NCBI GenBank assembly: GCA_035559535.1
Contig: DATMBG010000045.1
Coordinates: 45,875 to 65,874, forward strand
Direction of reading: 5' to 3'
DNA from: Candidatus Limnocylindrales bacterium
Lineage (GTDB): Bacteria > Moduliflexota > Moduliflexia > Moduliflexales > JAUQPW01
DNA: 20,000 nt
Positions 1-8,208 of this stretch are shown piece after piece (within the stretch, counting starts at the first letter, position 1; every line of letters begins with the position of its first letter). The position numbers were made by a program, and so were the translations under genes. The notes beneath the pieces were generated by a model. It made no database searches. It saw only the letters and a program-made list of their open reading frames with translations, and was not told where the DNA came from.

Positions 1-2
1 TT

Positions 3-1295
3 ATAGGACCCCGTAACCCCAAAACCCGGTCAAACTTTCAGTTCGAAATCACCATCCGTCTCGAACCCTCTGCAAAGAAGATTATCCTTCAATCCGAGGG
101 ACAACCAAAAATACTGGAGGTCTATGAAGGAAAATGGAGTGATTGGCTTAAAGTAAAGTTCAAAACCGGGTTATTGCAGGGGATACGGGGTATGGTTCGT
201 TTTTATTTGATTCACATAGACCCGGTGTTTGAACTCTATGCTTCACCGGTCAACTTCGACCCGGAAGGACCCTTATTCCCCATCAGTTCTCCTCCCGAGT
301 ATGCCAGGGAGTTGGCCAACAGGTTGGGAACGTTCTATACTACCGGAATGGTGGAAGATCATGGAGGATTAAACAACGGACGCTTTGACGAAATCGCCTA
401 CCTGATGCAGTGTGAAGAGGTACTACGGGAACGCGAAAAGATGATGCTCTATGAACTGGAGCGTTTGGAAGAAGGATGGTTTTTTTGTTTGTTTGACACC
501 CCTGACCGTGTTCAACACATGTTTTGGCGATTCAATGAAAGCGGGCATCCGGCTAATCGAAAGGATGTAACGGCTGACATGAAACAGGTCCTCTCGGAGC
601 ACTATCGCGCCTGTGACGCCGTGGTTGGAAAGGCACTCCAATACGTTGATGATCAAACCCTGTTCATCGTACTCAGTGATCACGGTATGAACAGCTTTCA
701 GCGGGGAATTCATCTGAATACCTGGTTGTATGACCATGGCTTTTTGGCTTTGCGTAATGGAATTAAACCGGGGAAAGAGGCTGGTGATTTCTTCCGTCAT
801 GTGGACTGGGATCACACAAAAGCCTATGCGCTGGGTCTGGGAGGTATTTACTTGAATCTGAAGGGGCGAGAAGAAAAGGGGATTGTAGAGGCCCAGGAAG
901 CAGATACCGTGAAGTCTGCTATTATCCAGGGGCTTACGGGCCTGGGAGATCCGGTTCGAGGAAAAGTGGGCATACGGAGTGTTGTAACCCGAGAGCAGGT
1001 CTATAGCGGCCCCTATGCTTCGGAATCTCCGGATCTTTTGGTTAACTTTGCCGAGGGTTATCGGGTATCCTGGGTTACGGCACTGGGTGGAATACCTGAA
1101 GGACATTTCGAAGATAATACAAAAAAATGGGGAGGAGATCATATTATCGATCCCTGTCTGGTTCCTGGGGTATTGTTTATGAACCGGGCGTTTCGTGGGG
1201 AAAATGCAAGTCTCATGGATCTGGCTCCCACCATCCTTGCAGCCTTGGGAGTTCCCAAAGGCCCGGCCATGGAAGGAGAATCTCTGTTGATATGA
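3..1295 (+). CDS. Alkaline phosphatase superfamily protein (type I phosphodiesterase/nucleotide pyrophosphatase-like), 5'-truncated by the window edge
   Basis: Frame 3 is open from position 3 (IGPRNPKTRSNF...), so the track's TTG start at 174 is internal. Metal-binding motifs DRVQH, VLSDHG and GGDH, plus YLNLKGRE..G, PDLLV and DLAPTIL..LG, are typical of this family. Confidence 0.88.
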   Translation: MGPRNPKTRSNFQFEITIRLEPSAKKIILQSEGQPKILEVYEGKWSDWLKVKFKTGLLQGIRGMVRFYLIHIDPVFELYASPVNFDPEGPLFPISSPPEYARELANRLGTFYTTGMVEDHGGLNNGRFDEIAYLMQCEEVLREREKMMLYELERLEEGWFFCLFDTPDRVQHMFWRFNESGHPANRKDVTADMKQVLSEHYRACDAVVGKALQYVDDQTLFIVLSDHGMNSFQRGIHLNTWLYDHGFLALRNGIKPGKEAGDFFRHVDWDHTKAYALGLGGIYLNLKGREEKGIVEAQEADTVKSAIIQGLTGLGDPVRGKVGIRSVVTREQVYSGPYASESPDLLVNFAEGYRVSWVTALGGIPEGHFEDNTKKWGGDHIIDPCLVPGVLFMNRAFRGENASLMDLAPTILAALGVPKGPAMEGESLLI

Positions 1296-2749
1296 AAATT
1301 TTAGTTATCGGCCTCGATGGGGCTACCCCTGAAGTGTTATTCGGAGATGAACGCCTGGATAATTTCCGTCGTTTAATGGAAGCGGGCTGTTATGGTCGCC
1401 TGGAGACTGTTATTCCACCCCATAGAATCCCGGCCTGGATGTGTATGGCTACCGGCCAGGACCCCGGCTCGTTGGGAACCTGGGGGCTTCAGAAGCCTAC
1501 CGATAGCTCTCCTAATAATCTGGAACCCGTTACCTCAAAACCCATATCGGAACCTTCCATCTGGAACCAGATAGCCCGGGAGGGGAAGCGAACCTGCCTT
1601 ATCGGAGTACCCCTATGGGATCCACCCCAAGAGGGAAAGGGTGTTTGGGTAAGTTGTCCTTTACCCCATAAGGGGATTTATACCTATCCGGCGTCGGTAA
1701 ACGAGCAGATTAGAAAACTGATAGGCTCCTATCCGGCGGATGTTAAACATTCTCGTTTTTATAAAAAAGACCAGCTCCTGGAGGAGATTTACACCATGAG
1801 TCGCAAACATTTCCAGGTGGTCCGATACTTTTTGCAGAACACAGATTGGGATTATTTTCAATGGGTCGAGATCGGACCGGACCGTTTGCAGCATGGTTTT
1901 TGGAGATTCCATGATCCACAACCTCCGCTCCATGAGCCGGGTAATCCCTATCAGGAAGTCATTCGTGATTACTATCTTTACCTGGATCACGAACTGGGAG
2001 CCATCCTGGATCTCCTGAGTGAGGATACCCTCATTTTGGTGATTTCGTGTTATGGTGTAAAACGGCTGGAGGGTGGCTTCTGTCTGAATGAGTGGTTGGT
2101 AAGGGAAGGCTTACTTGTGCTCAATGAATATCCCCAAGAGATTACCGCCTTTAACCAGCTCAGTGTGAATTGGGAAAAGACCCTGGTTTGTGGTGAGGGG
2201 GGGTATGCGGCAGGTTTATTCTTTAACGTAAAAGGACGGGAACCTCGGGGGACTCTCTCCGAAGCGAATTATGAGAAATTCCGGGATGAAATCAGGAGGA
2301 AACTCAAAGCTATCTCAAACGACCAGGGTAAATCCCTGGAAGCAGTTGTCCTTAAGCCGGAAGAGATTTACACAAAGGTAAGGCCTGGAGTTCCTGACCT
2401 GTTGGTTCAGTTTGGTGGCTTTTCCTGGCGTGTGGTGGACAGTGTAGGACACCAGACCCTTTACCTTCAAGGCAATGATCCCCATCTGGATGACTGTAAT
2501 CATGGGCAATTTGGGAGCTTTATTTTAGTAGCACCAGATAATCCTCTCCAGGGTGAAATTGAGAAAGTACGCTTACCAGATATGGCACCAACCCTGTTAG
2601 AGTTGGGAGGATATTCTGTGCCTTCCTCCATGCAGGGAAAATCTCTGCGGGCCAATAAGGTATCTAACGCAATAACTGACGAAGGTTTTTCAGCCGAGGA
2701 GGAAGAGATCATTCGGGAACGGTTAAGTGGATTGGGTTACATTGGATAA
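1292..2749 (+). CDS. Alkaline phosphatase superfamily (phosphodiesterase-like) protein with a degenerate active site, about 485 aa
   Basis: ATG at 1292 overlaps the upstream TGA (ATGA), with GGAAGGAG at 1271-1278. Begins MKILVIGLDGA; also has PAWMCMATGQDPG, DRLQHGFW, FNVKGREPRG, DMAPTLL and a C-terminal EEEIIRERLSGLGYI. The expected PPxTxPAW and SDHG motifs read PPHRIPAW and SCYG. Confidence 0.85.
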   Translation: MKILVIGLDGATPEVLFGDERLDNFRRLMEAGCYGRLETVIPPHRIPAWMCMATGQDPGSLGTWGLQKPTDSSPNNLEPVTSKPISEPSIWNQIAREGKRTCLIGVPLWDPPQEGKGVWVSCPLPHKGIYTYPASVNEQIRKLIGSYPADVKHSRFYKKDQLLEEIYTMSRKHFQVVRYFLQNTDWDYFQWVEIGPDRLQHGFWRFHDPQPPLHEPGNPYQEVIRDYYLYLDHELGAILDLLSEDTLILVISCYGVKRLEGGFCLNEWLVREGLLVLNEYPQEITAFNQLSVNWEKTLVCGEGGYAAGLFFNVKGREPRGTLSEANYEKFRDEIRRKLKAISNDQGKSLEAVVLKPEEIYTKVRPGVPDLLVQFGGFSWRVVDSVGHQTLYLQGNDPHLDDCNHGQFGSFILVAPDNPLQGEIEKVRLPDMAPTLLELGGYSVPSSMQGKSLRANKVSNAITDEGFSAEEEEIIRERLSGLGYIG

Positions 2750-2798
2750 ATCCATCGGGAAAAATCTTCCTCGGGTCTTACAGGAGACAGATCATAGG

Positions 2799-4619
2799 AT
2801 GATGACTCAAGAGAAGAAATCGGTTCTATCTACCCCCTCTATAGCGCCCGGCAAACTTTTACTTTTGGCAGCCTGGTTTGCATTGGCTACCGGTTTGGGA
2901 GAGATTTCGATCCGGGCGGTTCAGAAATTCTTCCTGCACCAGCGTATCTACGTAAGCCCACAGGTCGTCTGGATGGCTCCTCTGGCCGATCTGGTTCTCT
3001 TTCTACTTTCGGGATCCATCCTCCTCCTTGTGGCCCGGTTCTGGCCCAGGGCAACCTCTCCGAAGATTGTTGTTTTTATCTTTGCCCTTCTCGGTTTTTC
3101 AGGCCCATTGTTATGGTTCCCGAAACTGCATATCCTTGCGGCTCTTCTGCTGGCCATCGGCCTTTCTGTGCAAACGGCTCGTCTCCTTGAAAAACATATC
3201 TCGACCTTTTACCTCTTCAGCCGGTACACCCTGGGAGGAATGTTGGCTGTCGTAATGGCATTGGCCGTTGGTATCAATGAGTGGCAGGTCTTAATAGAGC
3301 GTAATGCCCTGGCAAAACTCCCCCCGGCTCCTCCAGGTACTCCCAATGTCTTATTGATTGTATTGGACACCGTAAGGGCCTCAAGTCTCAGTCTATATGG
3401 TTATAATCGACCTACGACCCCCTCCTTAGAGAAGTTGGCCAAAACCGGTGTGGTCTTTGAAAAGGCCTTTGCAACTTCATCCTGGACCCTTCCTTCCCAT
3501 GCCAGCCTGTTCACGGCCCGTTATCCCCATGAGGTTTCGGCAGACTGGCTGAAACCCCTGGATGCGACTTACCCTGTATTGGCTGAAGTTTTCCAGACTT
3601 ATGGATATGTTACCGCCGGGTTTGTTGCCAACCTGTTGTATGGAACCTACGAGACGGGCCTTGCCCGCGGCTTTATTCACTACGAAGATTATCCTATATC
3701 TCCGGAGATGGTTATTAAGAGTTCGTGGCTGGCCCGGATCTTTGTAGACAAGCTGAAATTGATCAAAGGAGATACCGATAAACTCGTCTATAAATGGGCC
3801 GAAGAAATCAATGAAGATTTTCTGTCCTGGCTTTCCTGCCATAATTCACGACCCTTTTTCGTCTTTCTCAACTACATGGATGCCCACGCACCCTATCTGC
3901 CCCCTAAACCCTTTGATACCCTGTTTGGACCTAAAAGGCCTCGACCGGATAAATCGGTACGGAGAACCTGGTCTCCTCAGGAGATCCAGGTGGAGAGGGA
4001 TGCCTATGAGGGTTGTATCGCTTATCTGGACCATCAACTGGGCTTACTCTTCGACGAATTGCAAAAACGGGGGATACTGGAAAACACTTTAATCGTTATT
4101 ACCTCCGATCACGGGGAGCAGTTCGGAGAGCATGGTCTCTTTGATCACGGTAATAGCCTCTACCGGCCGTCGTTACAGGTTCCTCTATTTATTTCCTTCC
4201 CGGGACGTGTACCGGCCGGAAGGCGTGTTCATGAGGCCGTAACCCTGCGGGATATTCCGGCTACTATCCTGGACCTGGTCAAACCGGAAGCCAGCTCTCG
4301 CTTTCCCGGACATTCATTGGCTCGATATTGGAAGGGAACCGATAATTCCCACAGTTCCTCTTCTGCTTTACTTTCTGAAATCAGTAAATGCATTAACATG
4401 CCCGCATGGCTGCCGGCCTGTAAAGGAGATATGAAATCACTGGTGACCGATGGTATGCACTATATCAGGAACGGAGATGGTCGTGAAGAACTTTATGATC
4501 TTGAAAACGATCCGGCAGAAGAACAAGATCTTGCTAATTCTGAAGAAGGCCGTCAAAGGCTTGAGGAATTCAGAAGATCCCTTGAAACTATTCTCAGGTC
4601 TGACCGATTCCAGAGATAG
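2799..4619 (+). CDS. Membrane-anchored sulfatase-like hydrolase/transferase (AlkP superfamily, Thr-type), paralog 1
   Basis: CAGGAG at 2781-2786 precedes ATG 2799/2802. About five hydrophobic N-terminal segments, then PNVLLIVLDTVRA, WTLPSHASLFT, FVFLNYMDAHAPY, ITSDHGE.FGEHG.FDHGNSLY and EELYDLENDPAE. Confidence 0.88.
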   Translation: MMTQEKKSVLSTPSIAPGKLLLLAAWFALATGLGEISIRAVQKFFLHQRIYVSPQVVWMAPLADLVLFLLSGSILLLVARFWPRATSPKIVVFIFALLGFSGPLLWFPKLHILAALLLAIGLSVQTARLLEKHISTFYLFSRYTLGGMLAVVMALAVGINEWQVLIERNALAKLPPAPPGTPNVLLIVLDTVRASSLSLYGYNRPTTPSLEKLAKTGVVFEKAFATSSWTLPSHASLFTARYPHEVSADWLKPLDATYPVLAEVFQTYGYVTAGFVANLLYGTYETGLARGFIHYEDYPISPEMVIKSSWLARIFVDKLKLIKGDTDKLVYKWAEEINEDFLSWLSCHNSRPFFVFLNYMDAHAPYLPPKPFDTLFGPKRPRPDKSVRRTWSPQEIQVERDAYEGCIAYLDHQLGLLFDELQKRGILENTLIVITSDHGEQFGEHGLFDHGNSLYRPSLQVPLFISFPGRVPAGRRVHEAVTLRDIPATILDLVKPEASSRFPGHSLARYWKGTDNSHSSSSALLSEISKCINMPAWLPACKGDMKSLVTDGMHYIRNGDGREELYDLENDPAEEQDLANSEEGRQRLEEFRRSLETILRSDRFQR

Positions 4620-4637
4620 GGAGGCGGAGATACGGAG

Positions 4638-4733
4638 AAGTATGGGAGTATGGGAGTATGGGAGTATGGGAGAATTTACACCCACACTTCCACACTCCCA
4701 TACTTAAGAACACACTCCCATACCCCCATACTT
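4638..4733. repeat. Tandem 8-mer array (AGTATGGG)x4 followed by inverted CCCAYACT-type copies
   Basis: AGTATGGG at 4639-4646, 4647-4654, 4655-4662 and 4663-4670. Complementary units CCCACACT, TCCACACT, CCCATACT at 4681-4704 and CACACT, CCCATACC, CCCATACT at 4711-4732. Confidence 0.95.
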
Positions 4734-4743
4734 AAATGCCCCC

Positions 4744-6570
4744 GTGTTAGGATTTTCACTATTGATAGCCATCTGGTTTGGGCTCCTTACCGGTCTACTG
4801 GAGGTCGTCCTGCGAACGGTTCAAGGGTTCTATGTAAGTCGGACCCGGGAAGTAAGTCATGATTTTATCTGGATGTGCCCCCTGGCTAACGCTGGGATCC
4901 TTTTTCTCCTGGGACTGGTCATTTTTTTTGTTAGTCGGTTCTGGCCAAAGCTCAATCTCCTACGTCTTACCATTTTTTTATCCGCACTCTGGGGTTTTAT
5001 GGACCTGATCATTCTCTACCCAAAGATTCATCATTACGCAGCCTTATTGCTTGCTGCGGGTCTGGCTACGCAAACTTTACGCCTGATCTCCCCCCATATG
5101 CTTTCTTTTCAGAAGTTAGTTCGTCGGACCCTACCCTGGATGGGATTGCTGGTCGGAATGCTGGCAATAAGTGTCCAGGGAAAACAGATCCTTGCGGAAC
5201 GGAGGGCTCTTGCCGATCTGACCCCTGCTCCTCCCTATGCGCCTAATGTGCTATTCATTACCCTGGATACCGTTCGGGCCAGGAATTTGAGCGTTTATGG
5301 TTACTCCCGACCCACTACGCCTCAGTTGGAGCAGTTAGCCAAAATGGGAGTGGTCTTCGAACGGGCCTTATCCACAGCCCCGTGGACCCTCCCCTCCCAT
5401 GCCAGTATGTTCACCGGGCGCTTTCCCGGGGAATTATCTGCCGATTGGTTAACGCCGCTGGATTCAACCTATCCTACCCTGGCCGAATTCTTTAGGGCAC
5501 GGGGGTATTTGACGGCGGGATTTGTAGGTAATACCGGCTATTGTAGCTATGAACACGGCCTTGATCGTGGTTTTATACACTATGAAGACTACCGAATATC
5601 TCTGGGGCAAACTGTCGCCAGCTCCATGTTGACACGAACCATTGCAGATAACTTTAGACTCCGTAGAATTCTTCGTAATGATGAACACCTGAATCGCCAA
5701 CCGGCCGATCAGATAAATGAGAAGGTGTTACGTTGGTTTTCCCATAAAGAGCAACGACCCTTTTTCGTGTTCATTAATTATTATGATGCCCATGAACCCT
5801 ATCTCCCCCCTCCACCCTATGATAAGATGTTCGGACCGGGACGGAAGTACGGAAAGTTTAGTCCGTTACATCGTCATAATTGGGAACCTGCGGTCATGCA
5901 TCGGAAATTATCTCCAGAAGAGGTCCAGGAAGAAATAGATGCCTATGACGGGGCCATCGCTTACATAGATCATCAGCTTGGGCAGCTTCTCAATGAACTC
6001 GGGAGAAAAGGACTGTTGGAGAATACGTTGATAATTATTACCTCGGATCACGGTGAAGAATTTGGGGAACATGGGATTTTCGACCACGGCAACAGTCTCT
6101 ATCTCCCGACGGTGCATGTACCTTTACTCATCGTCTTTCCATCCAAAGTGCCTGCAGGCAAGCGTATCCATGAACCGGTTTCCCTTCGGGATCTCGCGGC
6201 CACCGTCGTGGACCTGACCAGACTCGGCGGAGACCCTCACTTCCCGGGTAAATCCCTGGCACGATACTGGAATATGCCAGCTCAAGCTCCCGGCTTAGAG
6301 GAAACTCCCCTACTCTCTGAGGTATCTCGGGTGACCGGTCGTCCGACCTGGTTTCCGGTTAGCCGGGGAGATGTGAAAGCCCTGATATTTAATGGAATGC
6401 GCTACATTAAGAATGGGGATGGGGTGGAAGAACTTTACGATTTTGAAAATGATCCCTGGGAACAACGAAACCTGGCCAACCTGGAAGAGAGTTCCCAAAT
6501 CCTTAACCAGTTTAGAGCCCTTCTGGAGAAGATTCTTAAATCCGAAGCCCGAAGTCAGAATTCCGGATGA
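4744..6570 (+). CDS. Membrane-anchored sulfatase-like hydrolase/transferase (AlkP superfamily, Thr-type), paralog 2
   Basis: Collinear with paralog 1: WFGLLTGLLE, PNVLFITLDTVRA, WTLPSHASMFTG, NYYDAHEPY, TSDHGEEFGEHGIFDHGNSLY, EELYDFENDPWE. The start is uncertain: GTG 4744 has no obvious Shine-Dalgarno, and the frame is closed upstream by TAA at 4705. Confidence 0.87.
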   Translation: MLGFSLLIAIWFGLLTGLLEVVLRTVQGFYVSRTREVSHDFIWMCPLANAGILFLLGLVIFFVSRFWPKLNLLRLTIFLSALWGFMDLIILYPKIHHYAALLLAAGLATQTLRLISPHMLSFQKLVRRTLPWMGLLVGMLAISVQGKQILAERRALADLTPAPPYAPNVLFITLDTVRARNLSVYGYSRPTTPQLEQLAKMGVVFERALSTAPWTLPSHASMFTGRFPGELSADWLTPLDSTYPTLAEFFRARGYLTAGFVGNTGYCSYEHGLDRGFIHYEDYRISLGQTVASSMLTRTIADNFRLRRILRNDEHLNRQPADQINEKVLRWFSHKEQRPFFVFINYYDAHEPYLPPPPYDKMFGPGRKYGKFSPLHRHNWEPAVMHRKLSPEEVQEEIDAYDGAIAYIDHQLGQLLNELGRKGLLENTLIIITSDHGEEFGEHGIFDHGNSLYLPTVHVPLLIVFPSKVPAGKRIHEPVSLRDLAATVVDLTRLGGDPHFPGKSLARYWNMPAQAPGLEETPLLSEVSRVTGRPTWFPVSRGDVKALIFNGMRYIKNGDGVEELYDFENDPWEQRNLANLEESSQILNQFRALLEKILKSEARSQNSG

Positions 6571-6723
6571 TATGGGATTCTCAAGAAACTTATCCTTTTG
6601 GGTTTTTTCATACATCAACCCATTAAACTGAACCCTGAGACCCCGAGAAGCTATAAAGTTTGCAGGCTTTGACGAGGCTTTAAGAACGGTAAAAGTAAGG
6701 GTTTGAAAGGCTCCCGAGTGCCT

Positions 6724-8073
6724 ATGAAAGATTCCCCTAGAACATATCAACGACTGACTCTAGTAATCCTTTTGCTTACTCTGGCAGGATCTGGGGTAGG
6801 GATAGCGGTACCCGCCGGTTCCGGTTGGGATTTCGGTAATTTCTATGATACGGGTAGGCGGGTTGTTGCCGGACAGATCCAGGATATATACCATGCAGAA
6901 CGCCTTATCGGCGGAGAACCTCCCCACGGGAAGATGCGTTTTTGGGGAACTCCAATATCTGCCTGGCTTTATGCCCCGCTGGGTTATCTTTCTCCCACCT
7001 GGGCTTTGATCGCTTTTAAAATTCAGAATACCCTTGCCTATTTTATTGCCTTAGGGTTGTTGTATTTTCATAATCGGAGGTTCGTGGGAAATCCTTATTC
7101 TTCCACTTTTGATAAAATTCAGTATGAGCTGGTACAGGCCAGGTTTGTGGCTGTATTTGCTTTCCTGAGTTTGATTTATCAACCCTTCTGGACGGTCTAT
7201 CGGGTGGGTGGACAGACCACCCCAACCCTGTTTTTATTGTTCACTCTGGCCCTCCTGAGTCATACCCAGCTACACCTTTTTTTATCTGCTTTATTTTTAA
7301 TTCTCGCCTGTCTGATTAAACCCAGTTTTATTACCGCCCTGATCTTTCTGACCTGTATATCCGGACTTCGATTCTTTGGCTATGTGGTTGCTATATTCTC
7401 CCTGATCGGTCTTACTTCTCTCTCCACAATGGGATGGAACCTTCACAAAGAATTTCTGATCCTTATGGGCGAAGGGACCCGGAAACTTTCTTCCTGGTTC
7501 TATAACAGTTCTTTGTATGTAACCCTCGACAATTTCAAGATATTCTTACCACCGCAACCCGATTCTTCGTTTCGTTCCATTATTTTCACCCTCTGTTTAT
7601 TTGGGCTAAAAGCCATCGTCGTCGGCACGTTTATTTATCTAATTATTCAAAGCCGTTCTCAAAAATGGTTTCCCACCGCAAGAAGGCACTTCGATTTCCT
7701 TATGGCGGTTTCTTTCAGTCTTCTGATCTCTCAAGTTGTCTTTGAGCATTACCTGGCACCCCTTTTTCTGTTGCTTATCTATGTGGTGGCTTCCCATCGG
7801 TCTTTCAGTCCCGGAGCTATGACTTTAATCGGCCTTATCTTCCTGTTAGCTGTTGGACAAAACTTGATTTTGATTGATTTTCTTCGTACCCACTTTAAGT
7901 GGGACTCTCCTGTAGAACTTCTGCTCACAGGTCTCTTTAAGAGTGGGCCTCTTCTTTTAACCCTGATCTTTCTGTGGAAATACTCCAGGGAGTTATTTCA
8001 AAGTTATGCTACACAGGCGTGGGCGAATTATACCAGATCCGGTAGACGGATCTTTTTGAGCCTGATCCCTTAA
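6724..8073 (+). CDS. GT-C fold integral membrane glycosyltransferase, GT87/DUF2029-like
   Basis: Polytopic hydrophobic protein with a first-loop WDFGNFY, a FWGTP..AWLYAPLG segment (usually YPP in this family), GGQTTP, LIKP, YNSSL and FEHY. ATG 6724 is preferred over TTG 6703. Confidence 0.75.
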   Translation: MKDSPRTYQRLTLVILLLTLAGSGVGIAVPAGSGWDFGNFYDTGRRVVAGQIQDIYHAERLIGGEPPHGKMRFWGTPISAWLYAPLGYLSPTWALIAFKIQNTLAYFIALGLLYFHNRRFVGNPYSSTFDKIQYELVQARFVAVFAFLSLIYQPFWTVYRVGGQTTPTLFLLFTLALLSHTQLHLFLSALFLILACLIKPSFITALIFLTCISGLRFFGYVVAIFSLIGLTSLSTMGWNLHKEFLILMGEGTRKLSSWFYNSSLYVTLDNFKIFLPPQPDSSFRSIIFTLCLFGLKAIVVGTFIYLIIQSRSQKWFPTARRHFDFLMAVSFSLLISQVVFEHYLAPLFLLLIYVVASHRSFSPGAMTLIGLIFLLAVGQNLILIDFLRTHFKWDSPVELLLTGLFKSGPLLLTLIFLWKYSRELFQSYATQAWANYTRSGRRIFLSLIP

Positions 8074-8175
8074 CTCCGTTCCTGTAAGAAGGAAGACAGG
8101 TAGGAGCGAAGGGCCCTTCGCCCCTGCTCCTCAAGGGTGTAAGCGTTTCATCTACATGGGGAAGGGAGTTAAGGG
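8067..8175. repeat. Composite inverted-repeat element: an outer 16-bp IR enclosing a GTAG-type REP-like palindrome
   Basis: CCCTTAACTCCGTTCC (8067-8082) pairs with GGAAGGGAGTTAAGGG (8160-8175) with one mismatch. The inner GTAGGAGCGAAGGG-CCCTTCGCCCCTGC (8100-8127) has a perfect 16-bp core, GCGAAGGGCCCTTCGC (8106-8121). Confidence 0.8.
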
Positions 8176-8208
8176 GAGGAGTTGCCCGAAGGGAAACGGT
8201 GACAAGTT

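Noticed and set aside
423-1142. 239-aa minus-strand ORF and the other short antisense or alternate-frame ORFs in the track
   Set aside because: They overlap well-supported + strand genes or repeats and show no recognisable motifs, so they are treated as shadow ORFs.
1127-1291. Longer 5' extensions given by the ORF track (starts 1127, 2727, 10301, 18962)
   Set aside because: They overlap upstream genes or an inverted repeat. Family motifs begin at downstream ATGs (1292, 2799, 10364, 19091), most of which have SD-like sites or stop/start overlaps.
4638-4733. CRISPR array or iteron interpretation of the 8-mer repeats
   Set aside because: Units are 8 bp and contiguous with no unique spacers, and there are no cas or rep genes in the window.
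6571-6720. Possible decayed terminal inverted repeat (GGGATTCTCAA... / ...TTGAAAGGCTCCC) and a TTGACG -35 box at 6669-6674
   Set aside because: The pairing needs many mismatches and gaps, and there is no good -10 box at 16-18 nt spacing.
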